A DNA stretch of 64,000 nt. Source: a virus. Taxonomy: Duplodnaviria; Caudoviricetes. The notes under the pieces were generated by a model. The model worked only from the letters and a program-made list of their open reading frames with translations, searched no databases and was not told the origin of the DNA. The stretch is taken from positions 11,491 through 75,490 of the IMG/VR virus record IMGVR_UViG_3300037462_000487; one strand, 5' to 3'. Within the stretch, counting starts at the first letter, position 1, and every line of letters begins with the position of its first letter. Of this stretch, positions 45,592 through 55,550 are shown piece after piece. Made by a program: the position numbers and the translations under genes.

Positions 45592-45813
45592 TTAATAATT
45601 CAATTTCATTGTTTCGGGGATCGTCGCCATGCGATAATCGCCGTCAGCCGAGATATTGACCCAGGCCAGCCGGTAATGCTGCTTGACGTAAAATTCAATC
45701 TGCATAAAGCGCATACCCTGCATCAGCCGCACGATCCCGGTAGGGCTGCCGTGTAGAATGCCGGCATCCGCCAGACATTCATCGAGAGTTACAAAAACTT
45801 TTTTGTGAGTCAT
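45592..45813 (-). CDS. Hypothetical protein
   Basis: AGGAG RBS, coupled to the helicase stop. Confidence 0.7.
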   Translation of the reverse strand: MTHKKVFVTLDECLADAGILHGSPTGIVRLMQGMRFMQIEFYVKQHYRLAWVNISADGDYRMATIPETMKLNY

Positions 45814-47867
45814 GAGTGTTCTCCTAAAATACCTGCCTGAGTCAATTTGGTTTTGAGCAGCGCCAGTTGTTTTTTAACCGGCGGTGTCACTAACAGATGA
45901 TTTATAATACTGCTGGCTTCTCCCATTTTCAAGAGGGAATCGCGGTTTTCATACCCCAGACTGCGCAGCATTTTTAACTGAGCTTCGGTAACTGCCTGTC
46001 GTTTCCAACTGGCTTTCTTGCGGGTGAAGCTGCTCACTAGCTGTTCCTGATCGGCCAGTCGCGCCATGTAGTCGGTAGCATCCAGCAGCAGATCGTCAAT
46101 ACTGCTGTTACGCAGCAGATCAACCGGCTTTTCCAGCTTCCAGTTTTTGTCTTGATTGATAACACTCCACAGTGTGTATTGTTGATGCAGCGCCGCCAGA
46201 TACAGCAAAGCTTCTTCCCACTCCCGTAGTTTGGCAGTAGGCTGTTGTTGCAGATAAGGATACGCTGCCAGCGCCGCTGCATTGTCGGTATTCAACACGT
46301 CACTGATCGCTTCGGCAGCAGTCTGACAGGCCTGCCCGACAACATAGTTTGGCGCGACAATCACCAGTGACTGCTGACTGGAAACCGCAACGCTGTAGAT
46401 GTCGTCATTTTCATCCCGATACCAGTCAGTTGCCTGCTTATTAATAATCTCGGCAACGGTGTAGTGCAGTTTCTCACCGTCATTTTTAGGCGACTTTTTA
46501 GTTCGCTTTTTAGACTCGGTGCTGTCTAGCAGCAAGTCTTCTTCGTTTTCTTCTTCTTCGGGTACATACTGATTGTCAGTGTTAACCTGATAGCCAAACA
46601 AAGAGCCAATAGGCGAGATACTGAAAGCCCGCCCGGTAAACTCCACAATCAGTGCGTCTGTTTTGCCCGGATGCAGCCGTAAGACGCGACCGACTGCCTG
46701 CGTTTTGAGTACATCGTTGTCGGTGCTGCGCAGCCAGAACAAACAGTCAGCAACAGGTAAGTCTAACCCTTCCAGGCCGACACCGTATGACCACAGAGCT
46801 TGAATTTCGCCTTTCATGTAGCGGCGGTAGATGTCGCCGCGAGCGCTGACGGGTTTGACGCTGCCGTCAACATCGACACACTTCTCGCCATCGGTGTGAG
46901 CCGCCGGTATTCCGGCAGCGTTAAAAGCTTCGGTGATGAGAATGCTGGCTTCAACTCCGCCAGTTTCACCCGCTTTGCCGGTAAACCCCATGATGTGACG
47001 CTGACTGGCTTTTTCTTTGGCGGCTTTAACAATCAGCGGCAGCCAGTTACGGGTGTCTTCCAGTTTCAGCGTGTCGCCGGTACCGTCGTCAATGATAACT
47101 CGTACCGGCGTTGCAAATGGTACCAGATACCCTTCCTGCTGCGCCCACCGGTAAGAGCGGGTGATATAAATTGTCTCAAACAGATTGTTTAAGCCGCGAC
47201 CGTCATACCGCATAGGTGTCGCGGTGTAACCTACCAGCGCCGGAAATTCCAGATCAAACAGTCGGGCAACGTGACGCAAACGCTGCATCAGCACCAGCGA
47301 AGCATCACTAACGCTGTGATGACACTCGTCAAACTGAATTAATGACGGCAAACCTCCCTGAGCCAGAATCTGATCGACTCGCTCGCTGACGAAAATTTTA
47401 CGTGATGTCTGACTTGCCAGTCGAATGCTGCCATCGCGTTCCAGTCGCAGTTCGCTTTTTTCTGGCAAGGCAAACGGTGCTGCTGTCTTGTCGGCAATCG
47501 TGCGATCTACCAGCGTCTGAGCAGAAGCGACAATGATGCGGGCAGCCGGTGTGTTGTGACGTTCCATGACGACACCGATGCCGGGGACAAGCTGCTGATA
47601 GTTTTTCACCGCGACATTGCCACGCAGTTCCGGCCACTCGTATTTATAATTTTCGTACATCTGCCAGATCAGACTGCGAGCCGGCGCAATCATCCAGCTA
47701 CGCGCTTTATCCGGCGGCGCAAGCTGCCGGTTAATTTCAATTGCGGTAATTGACTTGCCGCCGCCGGTAAAAAAATGCACTACCCCGGCGCGTTTTCCCT
47801 GCGCGATACCTCCTTTCACTCGCTCTACCGCTTCCTGCTGATACGGGCGTAAAGCCTTAGCTGCCAT
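45810..47867 (-). CDS. SF2 DEAD/ResIII-like helicase
   Basis: LRPYQ, TGGGKS, DECHH, TATP, EGLDLP, QAVGRVLR, C-terminal W..AVTEAQLKML. Confidence 0.93.
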   Translation of the reverse strand: MAAKALRPYQQEAVERVKGGIAQGKRAGVVHFFTGGGKSITAIEINRQLAPPDKARSWMIAPARSLIWQMYENYKYEWPELRGNVAVKNYQQLVPGIGVVMERHNTPAARIIVASAQTLVDRTIADKTAAPFALPEKSELRLERDGSIRLASQTSRKIFVSERVDQILAQGGLPSLIQFDECHHSVSDASLVLMQRLRHVARLFDLEFPALVGYTATPMRYDGRGLNNLFETIYITRSYRWAQQEGYLVPFATPVRVIIDDGTGDTLKLEDTRNWLPLIVKAAKEKASQRHIMGFTGKAGETGGVEASILITEAFNAAGIPAAHTDGEKCVDVDGSVKPVSARGDIYRRYMKGEIQALWSYGVGLEGLDLPVADCLFWLRSTDNDVLKTQAVGRVLRLHPGKTDALIVEFTGRAFSISPIGSLFGYQVNTDNQYVPEEEENEEDLLLDSTESKKRTKKSPKNDGEKLHYTVAEIINKQATDWYRDENDDIYSVAVSSQQSLVIVAPNYVVGQACQTAAEAISDVLNTDNAAALAAYPYLQQQPTAKLREWEEALLYLAALHQQYTLWSVINQDKNWKLEKPVDLLRNSSIDDLLLDATDYMARLADQEQLVSSFTRKKASWKRQAVTEAQLKMLRSLGYENRDSLLKMGEASSIINHLLVTPPVKKQLALLKTKLTQAGILGEHS

Positions 47868-47893
47868 GACATTCTCCGACTTAAATTAATCAG

Positions 47894-48010
47894 AAACGGG
47901 GCATTACAAAATTTTTCTGGCAGTTCGGTTTCACTTCGTACCTGAACTGCCAGAAAAAGAGTTAAAAAAGAGCGGTGGGGGAGTCGCAAAAATTTTGCAA
48001 TGCCCCGTTT
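47894..48010 (-). ncRNA. Candidate structured cis-RNA in the helicase leader (nested stems)
   Basis: Outer IR 47894-47916/47988-48010 with one G.U on the - strand; inner perfect 15-bp IR 47912-47926/47944-47958. Confidence 0.55.
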
Positions 48011-48393
48011 TATTTTTTAAGACGCAGCGTTTCCTGCTTCAGCGTCTCTTGCTGCAATGTCGGCAGCGCACTGTCAATGACGTAATGCATCCAATTATGC
48101 AGCACCTGACTTATCAGTGAGTAATGATCTTCCTCGATGTACGTCGCCAGTTTGTGAAGATTGCCATCGGGAAAAGAACCATACAGCAGCCAGGTGCGGC
48201 GGGGATTGTAAAAAAAGTACGGCACCCCCTGACTGCTGCGCAGCGTGACAATGATAGTCATTTTCAAACTGTGAATGACTCCCGACAGCGTGGCATCTCG
48301 CACATTGTTTTCGGCAGCAACGACATGAAACCGATACCCGGTATCTTCATAGCCGGTATACTTAATTTCTAAAATCTGCATCTCATCTGTCAT
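48010..48393 (-). CDS. Hypothetical protein
   Basis: Coupled ORF. Confidence 0.7.
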   Translation of the reverse strand: MTDEMQILEIKYTGYEDTGYRFHVVAAENNVRDATLSGVIHSLKMTIIVTLRSSQGVPYFFYNPRRTWLLYGSFPDGNLHKLATYIEEDHYSLISQVLHNWMHYVIDSALPTLQQETLKQETLRLKK

Positions 48394-48905
48394 CGACGGC
48401 TCTCTTTTTTCAGTTCTTGGTACAGCTTTTTGCGTAGTTGATCGCCGCTGTCCAGTTGATCGTTTAAAAGCTGCTCGCGTTCCCGAAACTGCCGTTCTTC
48501 GTAAGCAAAATAAATCCGGGAATTGTTCTGCCAGGACTCGATAGCGTCAATCAGTGCGGTGGCGCTAAGTCGTGATTCCAGCAGGTTAACCAATTCGTCT
48601 TTCAGCGTTTGCTCATAACTGGCAGCAAGTTCGTAAAAAGGCAATTTGTGTTTATGATTTTCCGACGGGTACGTCAGAAACGAGTCACTTTGAATCCGCC
48701 AGACTCGGCCTTCGTTTTCGTCTAGTCGCAGCGTAAAATAAACCGTAGCCAGCGCCGATTGATGTGACTCTGACAGCGGCAGCACTGCATCGCCGGAGAA
48801 CTGACTGCCGTTAAAGTAGATTTTCATAACACCTCTCTGGTAAGGATTGTGTAGGTACCGGGTAAATGCCGTTCCAGCGTAGTCCAGGTCATAAAAATCG
48901 TACAA
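48390..48905 (-). CDS. Hypothetical protein
   Basis: 171-aa ORF in the operon. Confidence 0.65.
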   Translation of the reverse strand: MYDFYDLDYAGTAFTRYLHNPYQRGVMKIYFNGSQFSGDAVLPLSESHQSALATVYFTLRLDENEGRVWRIQSDSFLTYPSENHKHKLPFYELAASYEQTLKDELVNLLESRLSATALIDAIESWQNNSRIYFAYEERQFREREQLLNDQLDSGDQLRKKLYQELKKESRR

Positions 48906-49144
48906 AAGTAAGGTGACTCTTTAACCAGATTGTTGCTGGCAACTTCACTGATCTGCCAGACTAAACGCGGATGGTAAGGCACCTGAAACACTGTTTCCGC
49001 TACGGTGCCGCTGACTTCGCGCCAGGCTTCGACTTCCTGCATTCCGGCGGTAACAATATCTTTGACTTCAGTCGGCCGGCGCTTGGGGGGACGCACTTTT
49101 TTACGCTGACTGAACCTCTCTCGTAAGTTATTCCATGATTCCAC
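48824..49144 (-). CDS. Hypothetical protein
   Basis: Overlaps the primase stop; 3' end overlaps the next gene by 82 nt. Confidence 0.5.
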   Translation of the reverse strand: MESWNNLRERFSQRKKVRPPKRRPTEVKDIVTAGMQEVEAWREVSGTVAETVFQVPYHPRLVWQISEVASNNLVKESPYFCTIFMTWTTLERHLPGTYTILTREVL

Positions 49145-52100
49145 CTGCTAACTCCTTTGCTACTTTTTCACGTAAACGTTTGACAACTGAATTAGAACCG
49201 CCAAACCGGGCGACAACTTCCCGGTAAGCGGGGAAATCCCCGTATTGAATATACCACTCACGCAAATATTTTTCAATATCTGACTCCTTGTTGTGGATAA
49301 ACGCCTTCATAAACTCTTTCTTGTGAATTACTCGTGTCACATACGGCAGCGCCGGGCGACTCGCCAGCACGTAAACGTATTTTTTGCTGCCGGTAGCATG
49401 AGGACGTATTCTTTCGGCTGACTGGATCATCTCGCCAGTCTCGATCATGTTGACAAACAAATCACCAAACCAGTGATTAAACGTGCGATAGCCGTGACCG
49501 GAAGACTGCGTATCGTAAACCGCCGGTTTAATCACGGTTTCCGCACTGATGTCGTCTTTGATTTTGAGCAGGTAAGCCCAGGCACTAATACGCCGGTACA
49601 CCACATCATACGGCACCCGAAACGCACCGATCAGACACACTGCCGGATATTCGGCGTAAGTATTGGTACCGCGTAACGCGCCGTAATGCCCCCAGGCGAC
49701 GCGGGGAAAAGCCGGATCATCTTTAAACAGTTCTTCAAACAGTTCTCGAATGTTTTTGTGAGTGACTACCAGCAGTTTTTCGTGTTTTTCCAGCAAACCA
49801 CGAATAATTGCCAGCGCATCCCGGACGACGCGCCGATGATAGACATTTTCATTCAGCGGTTCCTGAGCCTTTAGCAGCGCTAAATCCTTACCTAATTCGG
49901 TATAAATCTGCGATTTTGTCCAGTCGGAACCGTGGACTACCATCACTTCCGCTGCCGGATTGCGAACTTTTGGCTGATAGACTTTAACTTCGCGTTGAAA
50001 CATCCCCTGATACAGAATCGGCAGCGACGTAGCATCTGCAACAATCATCGGCACCTGCCGCGGAAACAACACCGGGTTCTGTTCGTAAATCTCCAACACA
50101 CCGTCGATCAGATGAATTGCGGATGGGCGGTTAAACTCCGGGTCAGCCAGATAATCCGGCAGTTCGTGTAACAAGGCTTGCAGCAGCGGCGGCACGACTC
50201 GCTTGCGAATAGTGGCAATGTCGCCTCCCATAAAGTACGGCTGATACACCCGTTCCAGTAAATCGTAGTCGATAGCTGCCAGTATTTTTGCCAGCGACCA
50301 GTCGGGGTTAAACCCGGTAATCAGCGTGTCTACCAGTTTAAAAAACCGGTTGCCACTCAGCGTTTCCGCACTGGCAGTACCTAAAGCACCCCTCACCGCG
50401 GCAGTCAGCAGATCAATCAGCAGCACTAGCTGCCGATCTTCAACATCTAAATCCCACCCATCGGTAAACGGATACACATCACTGGCTTTGACTCGCAGCG
50501 GATTATTGTCAATAATCCCGCCAGGATTTTCGTCAATGACGATCAGTTGACGGTAATCGTCACCGCGGTCGCCGGTAAGATGCTGAAAACGAAAAAACGT
50601 CAACGGATACTGATGACGCTGCCTGTCTTGACTCAGATAGCCACTCTGCTCACACTCCCGCCGGAACGGGCAGACAAGCTGACAGTACCGACCGGTGTCG
50701 TGATAGTTGTTACTAATCGCACTGATCGTACTAAAATTGGCACAGTTGCCTTCGTGTCGGGCTTCAAAGTTAAACCACAGCGCTGGATTTGCACCAGTCG
50801 CCAGCAAAGAATCATAACCATCTTTATACTGACCATACCAGGCGATGCTGGCATAGGAAAAATCATCTAGCCGCCGTTGCAGTTTGCTGACCAGTTCCAG
50901 CAGCGCTTTACGTTCTTCCCATTGAGCCGCCGGCAGTGCCGCAATCTCTGCCTGAATACCGGCAATGTTTTCCTGTAGCTTCGCTCGCTCTGCCAGCCGC
51001 AGGTCGTACTGCTGCTGTGCAATTTCTTCTGCCAGTTGAATTAAAGTATGCGTTTTGCCGGCTCCGGGTGGGGCTGCCAGCAGCAGTAACTGCGGCTGTG
51101 TGCGATCAGTTGAGTAAGTTTTTAAAAAATCTCGTACCTGCTGCGCTAAAGAATGCTCACCACTGCCCCGAATTTCATCCAGACTGAAAAAGTCAGACGC
51201 TGCTGGCGCAGGCGGTTCAGGAACACAGTCGATGAACAAGCCACGAGTCACTCCCGCCGGATCATACGTTACTACCTGCAACCGCTGCTGAATAAAAATG
51301 CGAGCAAAGTCTTCTGTGCTGTTTTGCAACAGATCGGTGACATCATACCCGGAAGGGTATTCACTATCGCGCCAGTGCAGATAACCGGCAGTCGGGATAC
51401 CGCAGTGTTTAGCCCACTGCGTGACATTCTCCGAGAATTTTTCCCCGGCTGCGTCGCAGTCTCCCATCACCCAGACAGTCTGATACCCTTCTCGCTGAAG
51501 CAGCGCGGTTTTTTCTTTTGACCAGGCAGTCGAACCAAACGACACAAAGATATTCCAGTTGGGGAATAGCTGCGCCAGGGTAATGCCATCTTTTTCGCCT
51601 TCCGCAACTACCGCAACGGTAGCTGCCGGATCGTTGATAATGCGCCAAAAATACTGCCGCGAACTGCCGGGAGTACGCTTGGGCGGCAATCCGGTTTGCC
51701 TCCCGGAAACGTAATACAATCCCCTAATACTGGCATTTTCGTCAGCGTCGCTGACGTGTTCTACCTGCATAGGAATGGTATTCACCGGGCCGTCTTGACT
51801 GTACAGCGTTCCCTTTCCCAGACGAAAGCGTTGAATAGTTGCGTCTGTCCAGCCGAACTTACGCCAGTAAGCGTAATCGACTTCTTTCTGACTGCGCTGC
51901 ACCAGGTCTTCCGTCCAGAGCATATGCAGCGGATTGTCATCCAGTTGTGTTTGAAATTCCAGATCAAAGCTGTCGGTTAACGTTACGTTGAGCTTGTCTG
52001 CCAGATCATCATACGTATAAAAACCATTGTTATTGCGTCCACGGCTGTGACGAGCGCAGGAACGGCAGTACAACCCGGCTCCAAACCATACCAGACGATC

Positions 52101-52250
52101 CCGCCCGTAAAAACGCACCTGATTAAAAACTATTTCGTCGCTGGTACCATCCGGCAGGCAAAATGGACACGGGCTGTGATACTCTTTGCGTTCAGTCTTC
52201 ACCGTTGCCGGCGGAAATTGTAGAATAAAATCTTGCAGTGAAGACACCAT
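49128..52250 (-). CDS. Zn-finger/TOPRIM primase fused to an SF2-like helicase domain and C-terminal HTH
   Basis: CPFC..CRSC, EGEKDG and GDCDAAG TOPRIM motifs, Walker A APPGAGKT, CANF..CQLVCPFRREC, IVIDENP, LRGTNTY, QSAERIR, C-terminal PAYREVVARFGGSNSVVKR. Confidence 0.85.
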   Translation of the reverse strand: MVSSLQDFILQFPPATVKTERKEYHSPCPFCLPDGTSDEIVFNQVRFYGRDRLVWFGAGLYCRSCARHSRGRNNNGFYTYDDLADKLNVTLTDSFDLEFQTQLDDNPLHMLWTEDLVQRSQKEVDYAYWRKFGWTDATIQRFRLGKGTLYSQDGPVNTIPMQVEHVSDADENASIRGLYYVSGRQTGLPPKRTPGSSRQYFWRIINDPAATVAVVAEGEKDGITLAQLFPNWNIFVSFGSTAWSKEKTALLQREGYQTVWVMGDCDAAGEKFSENVTQWAKHCGIPTAGYLHWRDSEYPSGYDVTDLLQNSTEDFARIFIQQRLQVVTYDPAGVTRGLFIDCVPEPPAPAASDFFSLDEIRGSGEHSLAQQVRDFLKTYSTDRTQPQLLLLAAPPGAGKTHTLIQLAEEIAQQQYDLRLAERAKLQENIAGIQAEIAALPAAQWEERKALLELVSKLQRRLDDFSYASIAWYGQYKDGYDSLLATGANPALWFNFEARHEGNCANFSTISAISNNYHDTGRYCQLVCPFRRECEQSGYLSQDRQRHQYPLTFFRFQHLTGDRGDDYRQLIVIDENPGGIIDNNPLRVKASDVYPFTDGWDLDVEDRQLVLLIDLLTAAVRGALGTASAETLSGNRFFKLVDTLITGFNPDWSLAKILAAIDYDLLERVYQPYFMGGDIATIRKRVVPPLLQALLHELPDYLADPEFNRPSAIHLIDGVLEIYEQNPVLFPRQVPMIVADATSLPILYQGMFQREVKVYQPKVRNPAAEVMVVHGSDWTKSQIYTELGKDLALLKAQEPLNENVYHRRVVRDALAIIRGLLEKHEKLLVVTHKNIRELFEELFKDDPAFPRVAWGHYGALRGTNTYAEYPAVCLIGAFRVPYDVVYRRISAWAYLLKIKDDISAETVIKPAVYDTQSSGHGYRTFNHWFGDLFVNMIETGEMIQSAERIRPHATGSKKYVYVLASRPALPYVTRVIHKKEFMKAFIHNKESDIEKYLREWYIQYGDFPAYREVVARFGGSNSVVKRLREKVAKELAGGIME

Positions 52251-52270
52251 GAATCTTCCTGTAGCAATAA

Positions 52271-52304
52271 ACAAAAGATCAGCCTGCCACCGAGCAGGCT
52301 GATC
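52271..52304 (-). terminator. Intrinsic terminator after ORF 52312-53622
   Basis: GATCAGCCTGC-N6-GCAGGCTGATC followed by TTTTGT on the - strand. Confidence 0.85.
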
Positions 52305-52311
52305 CGGTTAA

Positions 52312-53622
52312 CTAAAGTTGGAGATCGTCAGTAGTAGCAATGTCTTGCACAGGAATAAACTGAGGATTTTGAGTCAGGTATTCATCGACAGCGGTGAGAT
52401 CAGCAATTCGCAGCAGTGTTTCCCGTCCATTGGCAGTTTGATAATCACGCAGCGCTTCATAAAACGGCAGCAGGTGTTCCGACGGCACTACCTGACCAAG
52501 ATTAAAATCCGGCACCAGCGTCGGCTTCTGAAAATTATTCTTAACGACAGTCATCACCGCGGCTCGCACCGGCCCCTGCATCCCGACAATTTCCGGTTTG
52601 CCAGACGGATACACTGGCGAAGTCGGCACCGACAGCACCATATACGGATAATTGTCGGGGTTGTTTCGCAGTTGCGTAAACAATTCGTTCAACGATCCGT
52701 CGTCGTTCCGCAGCGGAGCCGCGACATACCCGGCAGGTGCGCCATCAGTAACGCCGGTAGCAAACCCAATGACATAGGCATAATGCTGCGGCTTAACTTC
52801 ACCGACGCGCATCGCTACCACCGCATTTTTATTGCGCGGATGCTGCGCAAACAGACTGATAATCCCCGGCAGCGTGCCGCCACCCTGACGACCGGCTAAA
52901 CTACGGGAGTCAAACACCCCTTCCAGTGCCTGCTGCACACCCGAATTTGAACCACGCAGCAGTGCCAGAAATCCCGTAGTAATGCGTTTGTTTTCCGGGA
53001 TGTGGCTGTCGGCAGCGGTATGCGGCAGAACATAAACGACATACGTCGTTGACGCATTACACACCGGCGGTTTACGTTTGCCGTCAACTTCTTTCCACTG
53101 ACCGAGAGGGCAGGTTTCGCACACCGCCCGGTGTTCATCACCCCACCCCTGCGCTTTCGTCGTCACAGCCGTGTTTTCGGCAGTGTAACCAATCGTCACA
53201 GCAGCGCCGTCGCGGTGATCGGTAAAAACAGTGCCGATGTATTTCGGCAGCGGCGCAATGCCATTCGCTGATTTACACACCGGGCCACCTGCATTAGCGG
53301 CTTCGTCGCGTTTGCCGTCAGCATCGTGTGCCCACATCTGCCGCCCACCACGCACCATCTGTCGCTTGCCGCGGGTGTAAAAATCTCCCACCACATCGAC
53401 CAGCAGAAAGTTGATGCTGTCGCCGTAAAACCCCTGCGACGTGTCGCCTGCCGGGCCGGCGTAAAGCTGTCCAGCTTTGTTTTCGTGGCGTTGCAGCGAA
53501 CTGCGCTGCGGAAATTCTACCACATAGTCAATGGTGTAATACTCCTGCTGAGTCGGTTGAAAGTCAGGCACATTCAGCAGTTCGTCGAGTACCGAAGATG
53601 TAACCGGAATAATGTCGTTCAT
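52312..53622 (-). CDS. Putative ssDNA-binding/annealing protein with Cys4 motif
   Basis: PVCKSANGIAP..CETCPLGQW..PPVC pattern, acidic C-terminus DDLQL, strong RBS plus terminator (high expression), next to the primase. Confidence 0.5.
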   Translation of the reverse strand: MNDIIPVTSSVLDELLNVPDFQPTQQEYYTIDYVVEFPQRSSLQRHENKAGQLYAGPAGDTSQGFYGDSINFLLVDVVGDFYTRGKRQMVRGGRQMWAHDADGKRDEAANAGGPVCKSANGIAPLPKYIGTVFTDHRDGAAVTIGYTAENTAVTTKAQGWGDEHRAVCETCPLGQWKEVDGKRKPPVCNASTTYVVYVLPHTAADSHIPENKRITTGFLALLRGSNSGVQQALEGVFDSRSLAGRQGGGTLPGIISLFAQHPRNKNAVVAMRVGEVKPQHYAYVIGFATGVTDGAPAGYVAAPLRNDDGSLNELFTQLRNNPDNYPYMVLSVPTSPVYPSGKPEIVGMQGPVRAAVMTVVKNNFQKPTLVPDFNLGQVVPSEHLLPFYEALRDYQTANGRETLLRIADLTAVDEYLTQNPQFIPVQDIATTDDLQL

Positions 53623-53645
53623 ACAGGTATCCTTTAACTTGATCG

Positions 53646-54248
53646 TTAACTCATTTTACCACGATTGGGAACTGTCGTCAAGATATACTCATAACAGCAG
53701 CGACACAGGTTCTGAATAAAAACCTGTCGAACTAAATCTGTCCAGGACATACCTGCCTGAATTGTCGCCATCCCCCAGATAAACTCCGGGAAAAAACCGA
53801 TTAGTCGCGGCAGTACGTCTTCTCGCTGGTACCAGCTAAAATGATTTAAATTTTGTTTTACATAATCCCACACCTTTTCTTCAGTTTCGACTGAATACCA
53901 TTTAATGCGGCGCTCATCTTCATCTTCATTGCTATTGGTGGCAATGAAAGGCAGGTTGTCTGTTTCTTCCGCAAAATCATCTTCCAGTTTTTCTGCTACC
54001 ATTTCGGCAAAACTACGCACGTCACGCAAAAACGTTTCCGGTGTCAGAGCCGACTGCTGCCGCACATAGTATTCCGGCAAGTCTTTCCAATCCTGCACTA
54101 CCCGCGGCGGCAAGCTGGATAACACATCCTGAAACAGCGTGCCATCACTTTCCAGCGCAGTAAACACATACAGATTGCCGATGCGTTTAACTGTGCCGAC
54201 TTTATCTCGATGCTTAAACAAACCTATAAATTGCATATATTCGCGCAT
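53646..54248 (-). CDS. Acidic hypothetical protein
   Basis: ORF track; acidic central block. Confidence 0.7.
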   Translation of the reverse strand: MREYMQFIGLFKHRDKVGTVKRIGNLYVFTALESDGTLFQDVLSSLPPRVVQDWKDLPEYYVRQQSALTPETFLRDVRSFAEMVAEKLEDDFAEETDNLPFIATNSNEDEDERRIKWYSVETEEKVWDYVKQNLNHFSWYQREDVLPRLIGFFPEFIWGMATIQAGMSWTDLVRQVFIQNLCRCCYEYILTTVPNRGKMS

Positions 54249-54258
54249 AACTCATGTC

Positions 54259-54762
54259 CTATTCAACTGGTGGAATATAGACACCAGTATACTCACTTTT
54301 TTCATGTAACGCAAGTAACAGTTTCTTACACTCATGCAGCACCGGAACCAGCGCCGGATACGTCGTCAGCAGGTAGTTCATATCCGGGTCGGCGGCGTTG
54401 CTGCCTACTGCCTGCAACAGGTTTCCCAACACCTGACTGACTTCAGTCGCTGTCACCGCTTCTGCCTCAACATAAACATACGCCGCCCCGATAATTTCCA
54501 CCAGAATATGACAAAAATCTTTGTGTAGCTGCTTTTCTTCTTTGCTGTATTCAATGCTTTCCCGCACAATAATCTGACATTGTTCGATCAACTCGTCAAT
54601 TTTGACGGTAACGAACAACACACCCGACTGCAAATGCCGCAGAAAAAAACGCGCCGCCGGTAAACGCAGCGCCAGCGGGCGCTCAGGATCGGTGAATAGT
54701 TCCAGCATTAATTCTTCAATAGCAGCTTTGTTAACCACGCGGACGACTCCAGGCTGTGTCAT
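54259..54762 (-). CDS. Hypothetical protein
   Basis: Co-oriented, tightly packed ORF. Confidence 0.7.
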   Translation of the reverse strand: MTQPGVVRVVNKAAIEELMLELFTDPERPLALRLPAARFFLRHLQSGVLFVTVKIDELIEQCQIIVRESIEYSKEEKQLHKDFCHILVEIIGAAYVYVEAEAVTATEVSQVLGNLLQAVGSNAADPDMNYLLTTYPALVPVLHECKKLLLALHEKSEYTGVYIPPVE

Positions 54763-55267
54763 AGTTGATGTTAAAAGTAATTTTAGATGCGCCTAAACTA
54801 TTTTTTAGATCACCTACCTTAAACCACTGATGCAGCTTCTCCGGGACTGCCTGATTGCGGTACACCGGATATGCAAACGGCGGTTTCAAGGTACGCCGCG
54901 GCACAATCTCACTTGCCAGCATCGCTTTCACGATCTGGCAAGGATAGTTCAACGGATGCATCTGCAACAGATCAGTCATAAAAGCCGTCCAGCCGTCTTC
55001 CGGCAGCGGGTTAAAGTAAAACCGAACTACCCCCGGCGAAGCGGCTTTTTCTTCCGGCAGGGTAAACCAGAAGCGTTCACTGACGCGGCTGTAAAATGTC
55101 TGCCAGTCGCGGGCAAACTGTTCTTTGTGCAGTGCAGACAGACGCGACATAACCGCAAACTGCGTCAGCAGTCGTTGAAACTCCTGCTGCTGACGCTGAA
55201 ACTCAGCAAAAAACTGAGATGCGTTTTCATGGCGCGTGTTGCGATGGCGCATGGCATAAATCTTCAT
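54731..55267 (-). CDS. Hypothetical protein
   Basis: Co-oriented, tightly packed ORF. Confidence 0.7.
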   Translation of the reverse strand: MKIYAMRHRNTRHENASQFFAEFQRQQQEFQRLLTQFAVMSRLSALHKEQFARDWQTFYSRVSERFWFTLPEEKAASPGVVRFYFNPLPEDGWTAFMTDLLQMHPLNYPCQIVKAMLASEIVPRRTLKPPFAYPVYRNQAVPEKLHQWFKVGDLKNSLGASKITFNINYDTAWSRPRG

Positions 55268-55268
55268 A

Positions 55269-55544
55269 CTAACCGGCTTCCTGATACTTAACTGCCGGAT
55301 AGCGGCTGACTTTGCGGTAGACTAACGTAGTCACGACAATGTTCTCCTGTTGGGAAACAACCGGCAGCGGATACTGCTGCCGGCGAAACCAGCGAAAATA
55401 CCGCTCAAACTGAGTAAAACAGAAATGTAATGGCTGCCAGTACAACCAGCTTAGCAGTCGTTTGCTGCTGCGAGGCAGCGGAGCCGCTACCGCAACGTGT
55501 ACCAGCAAAATGTAGCTGCCGACTAAAAACAACCATTCCCACAT
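55269..55544 (-). CDS. Small membrane protein
   Basis: N-terminal hydrophobic segment, AGGAG RBS. Confidence 0.65.
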   Translation of the reverse strand: MWEWLFLVGSYILLVHVAVAAPLPRSSKRLLSWLYWQPLHFCFTQFERYFRWFRRQQYPLPVVSQQENIVVTTLVYRKVSRYPAVKYQEAG

Positions 55545-55550
55545 GAGGTA

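Noticed and set aside
47894-48010. tRNA or tmRNA
   Set aside because: No T-loop GTTC(G)A consensus, cloverleaf spacing or CCA end.
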